Positions 60,246 to 64,000 of a stretch of DNA of 64,000 bases are shown here, one piece after another (positions within the stretch are counted from its first letter, which is position 1; each line of letters begins with the position of its first letter). The DNA comes from Podarcis vaucheri. Taxonomy: Eukaryota. A model generated the notes under the pieces. It saw only the letters and a program-made list of their open reading frames with translations. It made no database searches and was not told the origin of the DNA. Location: NCBI GenBank assembly GCA_965113315.1, contig OZ220376.1; one strand, given 5' to 3'. A program made the position numbers and the translations under genes.

Positions 60246-60594
60246 GCGGGTGGCGCTGTGGGTAAAACCTCAGCGCCTAGGACTTGCCGATCGCATGGTC
60301 GGCGGTTCGAATCCCCGCGGCGGGGTGCGCTCCTGTCGTTCGGTCCCAGCGCCTGCCAACCTAGCAGTTCGAAAGCATCCCGGGTGCAAGTAGATAAATA
60401 GGGACCGCTTACCAGCGGGAAGGTAAACGGCGTTCCGTGTGCTGCGCTGGCTCGCCAGATGCAGCTTGTCACGCTGGCCACGTGACCCGGAAGTGTCTGC
60501 GGACAGCGCTGGCTCCCGGCCTATAGAGTGAGATGAGTGCACAACCCTAGAGTCTGGCAAGACTGGCCCGTACGGGCAGGGGGACCTTTACCTT
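60246..60594 (+). mobile_element. Sauria SINE
   Basis: Head, core and CCTTTACC tail. Confidence 0.9.
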
Positions 60595-63500
60595 CCTTTG
60601 TTTTCAAATGATACAGGGCATATGTTGCTGCAAGAATAACAAAAGAGGCGTTTGCTCTGCAAGAGGGAAGTTTTTTTGGGGGGGTTTCTAAGATTGCAAT
60701 TGCCACATCTCGTTTTGTAAGTGCAGGTACTGAAAGCCCCAGATTAGAGAGCCAATGGTGGCTAGAGTGTGAGACTAAGACTGAGGATGCTCAGATCCCC
60801 TCAGCCCTGAACCTCACAGAATGAAGTTAGGACAATCTCTCTCAGCCTTATGCATCTTACAGGCTGGTGGTTTTATTTAAGGGTAAAGTACTGGCTTCAC
60901 TATGACAAAAATCTTGTAAATCTAAATGCTTAGTTGTGCCTGGACTTGAAATTGTGCTATTAGTGGCTTTTAGTTAGGGAGGTCAGTTAATATGGACTAT
61001 GTCAAATGCTGTTTATAGCAATTCTGAGTTTTACGTCAGTAGTCCTAATATTTATGCAATAAAGCATTTACATCTCTCTATCAAAGGGCTTTGAAGCTGA
61101 GCAAATGGTTTTGTATTGTGCATGTAGATCAAAGATAACCTCCTAAAAATTGTTTGAAATTGCACACATTATCTCTTTATCTTGAGAGGTATTTAGCAAG
61201 GTTTTTTGCAAAAACACTTAATGGCTGTACTGTGTGTTGGCCAGATCCAATGCACTTTACAAAGTCAAGGTCAGATGTAAACACACTATTTCAGAATCAT
61301 CAAATACAATCTTGCAATTTCTACATCATAACATTTTTAGTAAACTTTCTTACTCCGTTGTCTATGTATGTTGGCTAATTTGGCTTCCATCTCTACAAGC
61401 TATTTTCAATTACTAATTTTTCAAGGCACATGGCAAGTAAATTAAACTCATGTCTAGTCTTAAGTGCAAAACATTTATCATCTCTTAGAATCTCTTAAAA
61501 TAGAATCCAACGGAGGCAACTTACTAACGTTTAAGACTTGCTTCCACCCTTCTTGGTAAGTTTGATTCTGTTCATTAGGGTTGGAATAGAAAAAAAAATG
61601 GGTTCTGTCCAATGCTAGTCCTACTCGGAGTAGATCCATTGAAACTAATGAACATTAATAGCACTAGCCAGTGGATATAACCCAATAATTTCCTGTGGCA
61701 CAAGTGGTGTTATTTTGTTTAGCAAAATGAAGGTGGTTGTGATGTCACCATTTACTGATGTCATGAGCATCATTTTGCATACGTTTAAGTTGTTGTCAGA
61801 GGCTGTGTGCACACACCATATATATGAAGCAGAATTTCCCAAGAATCCTGGGAACTTGTTTGTTAAGGATGCTGGGAACTGCTTTGTGAGAATTAAACTA
61901 CAATTTCCATGATTCTTTGGGAGAAGCCATGTGCTTTAAAAAGATGGCGCATACACAGCCACAGACTGGTTTATTCATTCCCTTGCTATTTAGCTTCACC
62001 TTTACATTACTTCCACCCATGTCCGGATATATCTGACAACTGAGGTTGATACTCTATGCATCTGACCAAGTGGGCTCTATCTAGTCCCTGAAGCTTACGC
62101 CATAACGTTGCGCTTTTAAAATTCCACAGGACTCTTGGTTTTGCTGCCACATGCTTAATTAACCCTCTGTAAATCAGCCCCAAGAAAACGTGGCACATGA
62201 ACATTAAGACAACATGCCATTCACATGTTTCACTTTTGCGATCGCTCAGGTTTATTTGAAATGGCTGACAATCTATTTTACAGCAATCATGTTTGTTTAC
62301 TTCCTAGTGTATCTTTAACCAAGCTAATGGGATGGCTATGAAGGCAAAGTGCAGCCAGTGTACAGCACCTTGGTTGTGAGATTGCACTGGCTGCCAATCT
62401 GCTACCAGGCGAAGTTCAAGGTGTTGGTGCTAACATATGAGGAGGACCAGGTTACTGTACCTGAGAACTCCTTTATCCCTTATGTATCCCACTGTTCTGC
62501 AGGAGAGTTTATCCAAGTCCAAAGATCTTAGAAGCCCACTCCACAGTAACTTGGAGAAGTGGTGGACTTCGGGCTTTCGAATTTCAGCAGTGCCCTGTGC
62601 AAAACCAAAATTCAGTTCCCCACCTCACCTTCTGTTCTAAGTCCTTGTTGTAGCTCCCCCTGTGGCACCCTGTGGGTGAACTGGCCACGCTCCCCTAAAT
62701 CTCCCTTTGCTTAGTGCAGGGCTTTCATCGTGGCTGCCCCCATTCTGTTAAATAGCATTCCTGTCGAGATACAGGAGGAGCCCACTGTCAGCACTTTCTG
62801 GAAACAACAGAAGAACATTTTTGATCTTCCCAGCTGGATCAATGGATTTCTGCCATGGGTGTCTTATTTTGGGTGGGGTTTTTTTTTTCTTTTCAAATAT
62901 ATCTGCTGTTTTCTGTGTTGCTTTTAACTGGGATTTTTAAGTTCTTTTATTGTACATCACCTTGAGATTTGTATGGGGAAGGCAATCAATAAACTAATAA
63001 AATAACTATCACCCTCTTGGCATTATAAATCAGCAGGCTGTAAATGACTGGACTGGAGTGTGTAACCTTCAGCAATCTGCAATAGTAAGGAATGGGTCTC
63101 TTGAAATGAACTAGATATGGGGGTGCCCTCAAATGTGTACCTCTTTTTTACTCTAACATGTTTCAAAGGAATGGTACTCCATATTGTCCTAATTCCTCTC
63201 TTCTATAATCTGTTGCATCTCAGATTACAGAAATGTACTGTGCACAGAATCTGTTTTGTTTAATCATCCAATCCTGTGAGTTCCACAAGAATAGCAAAAC
63301 TCACCCATGTCAAATACATCTGTGCTAAAAGCAAAGACTGGTTTGCTTTCACCCCCTGCACACGCCATCAGACTTCATTGAAAGACAGCTTCCCTAAAGG
63401 CTAAACTGTTATACCTATAAGAGGGCATGCAAGTGGACATTAATTGAATTTTCAGTGCAACTTTTTTAATGGAAGAATGGCTCTGAAGAAATTATAGTCG

Positions 63501-64000
63501 GCATGTTTTAGCAGCCATACCCTTAGGTGCTCTTTATCTTGGATTGCAATCCTAATCGAGCTTCTGGAGAGTAAATCCCATTAAACTCTGGGATTTTCTT
63601 CTGAGTAAGTATTCTTAGGGTTGCATGGTTAAAGTCATTTTGTGAACAATCTTGCTTTCAATTAATTTTTTGTGATGTCTGCTTATGTTTTAAAATTTAA
63701 AAATCTGCATCTGGATTTCTGCTCTTTGTAAAAGTGGGCAATTTTAAGGCACATGGCTCCCTGTAAATAATTCTGGGAACTTTAGTTCTCTAAGGGTGCT
63801 GAGAATTGCAGCTGTGAGGGATAAGCAGCAATTTCCAAGATTCCTTGTGGTGGTAGCAATGACTTGTAGTATAAATGTGCTTGAAATGTATGGTGTGTAT
63901 GTGACCAGTGTATTTTTTAATTTCCTTCAATGTAGATTTAACCACAACTTTAACAAAACTGAAATTTAAAAATAATTCTAGAAGCATTACATAAAATGGC

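Overview
Vertebrate (squamate, probably lacertid lizard, judged from its Sauria SINEs and BovB) genomic DNA syntenic with human 16p13.13. It holds three recognisable genes: the first two coding exons of SNX29 (minus strand; CDS 6493-6487 and 994-930, continuing off the left edge), a complete 15-exon GSPT1/eRF3a (plus; CDS 10201-43578, 657 aa by my exon assembly) and a 9-exon RSL1D1 (plus; CDS 50722-58460). SNX29 and GSPT1 are divergent, each with its own CpG island. Introns are rich in repeats: 8 Sauria SINEs, Tc1/mariner and hAT MITEs, and BovB, L1, CR1 and L2 fragments. Most ORF-track entries are repeat-derived or GC-rich shadow frames. Main leads: (1) RSL1D1 stops early, and a recognisable ~47-codon fossil C-terminus with a second lesion lies in its 3' UTR. 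(2) The SNX29-GSPT1 interval, where mammals carry TNFRSF17, shows no BCMA exons but has a run of phase-compatible, stop-disrupted exon-like blocks of unknown identity. (3) A strong-Kozak uORF ends in a TGATG stop/start overlap in frame with the eRF3a CDS. Homology calls rest on recalled human protein sequences; no searches were run.
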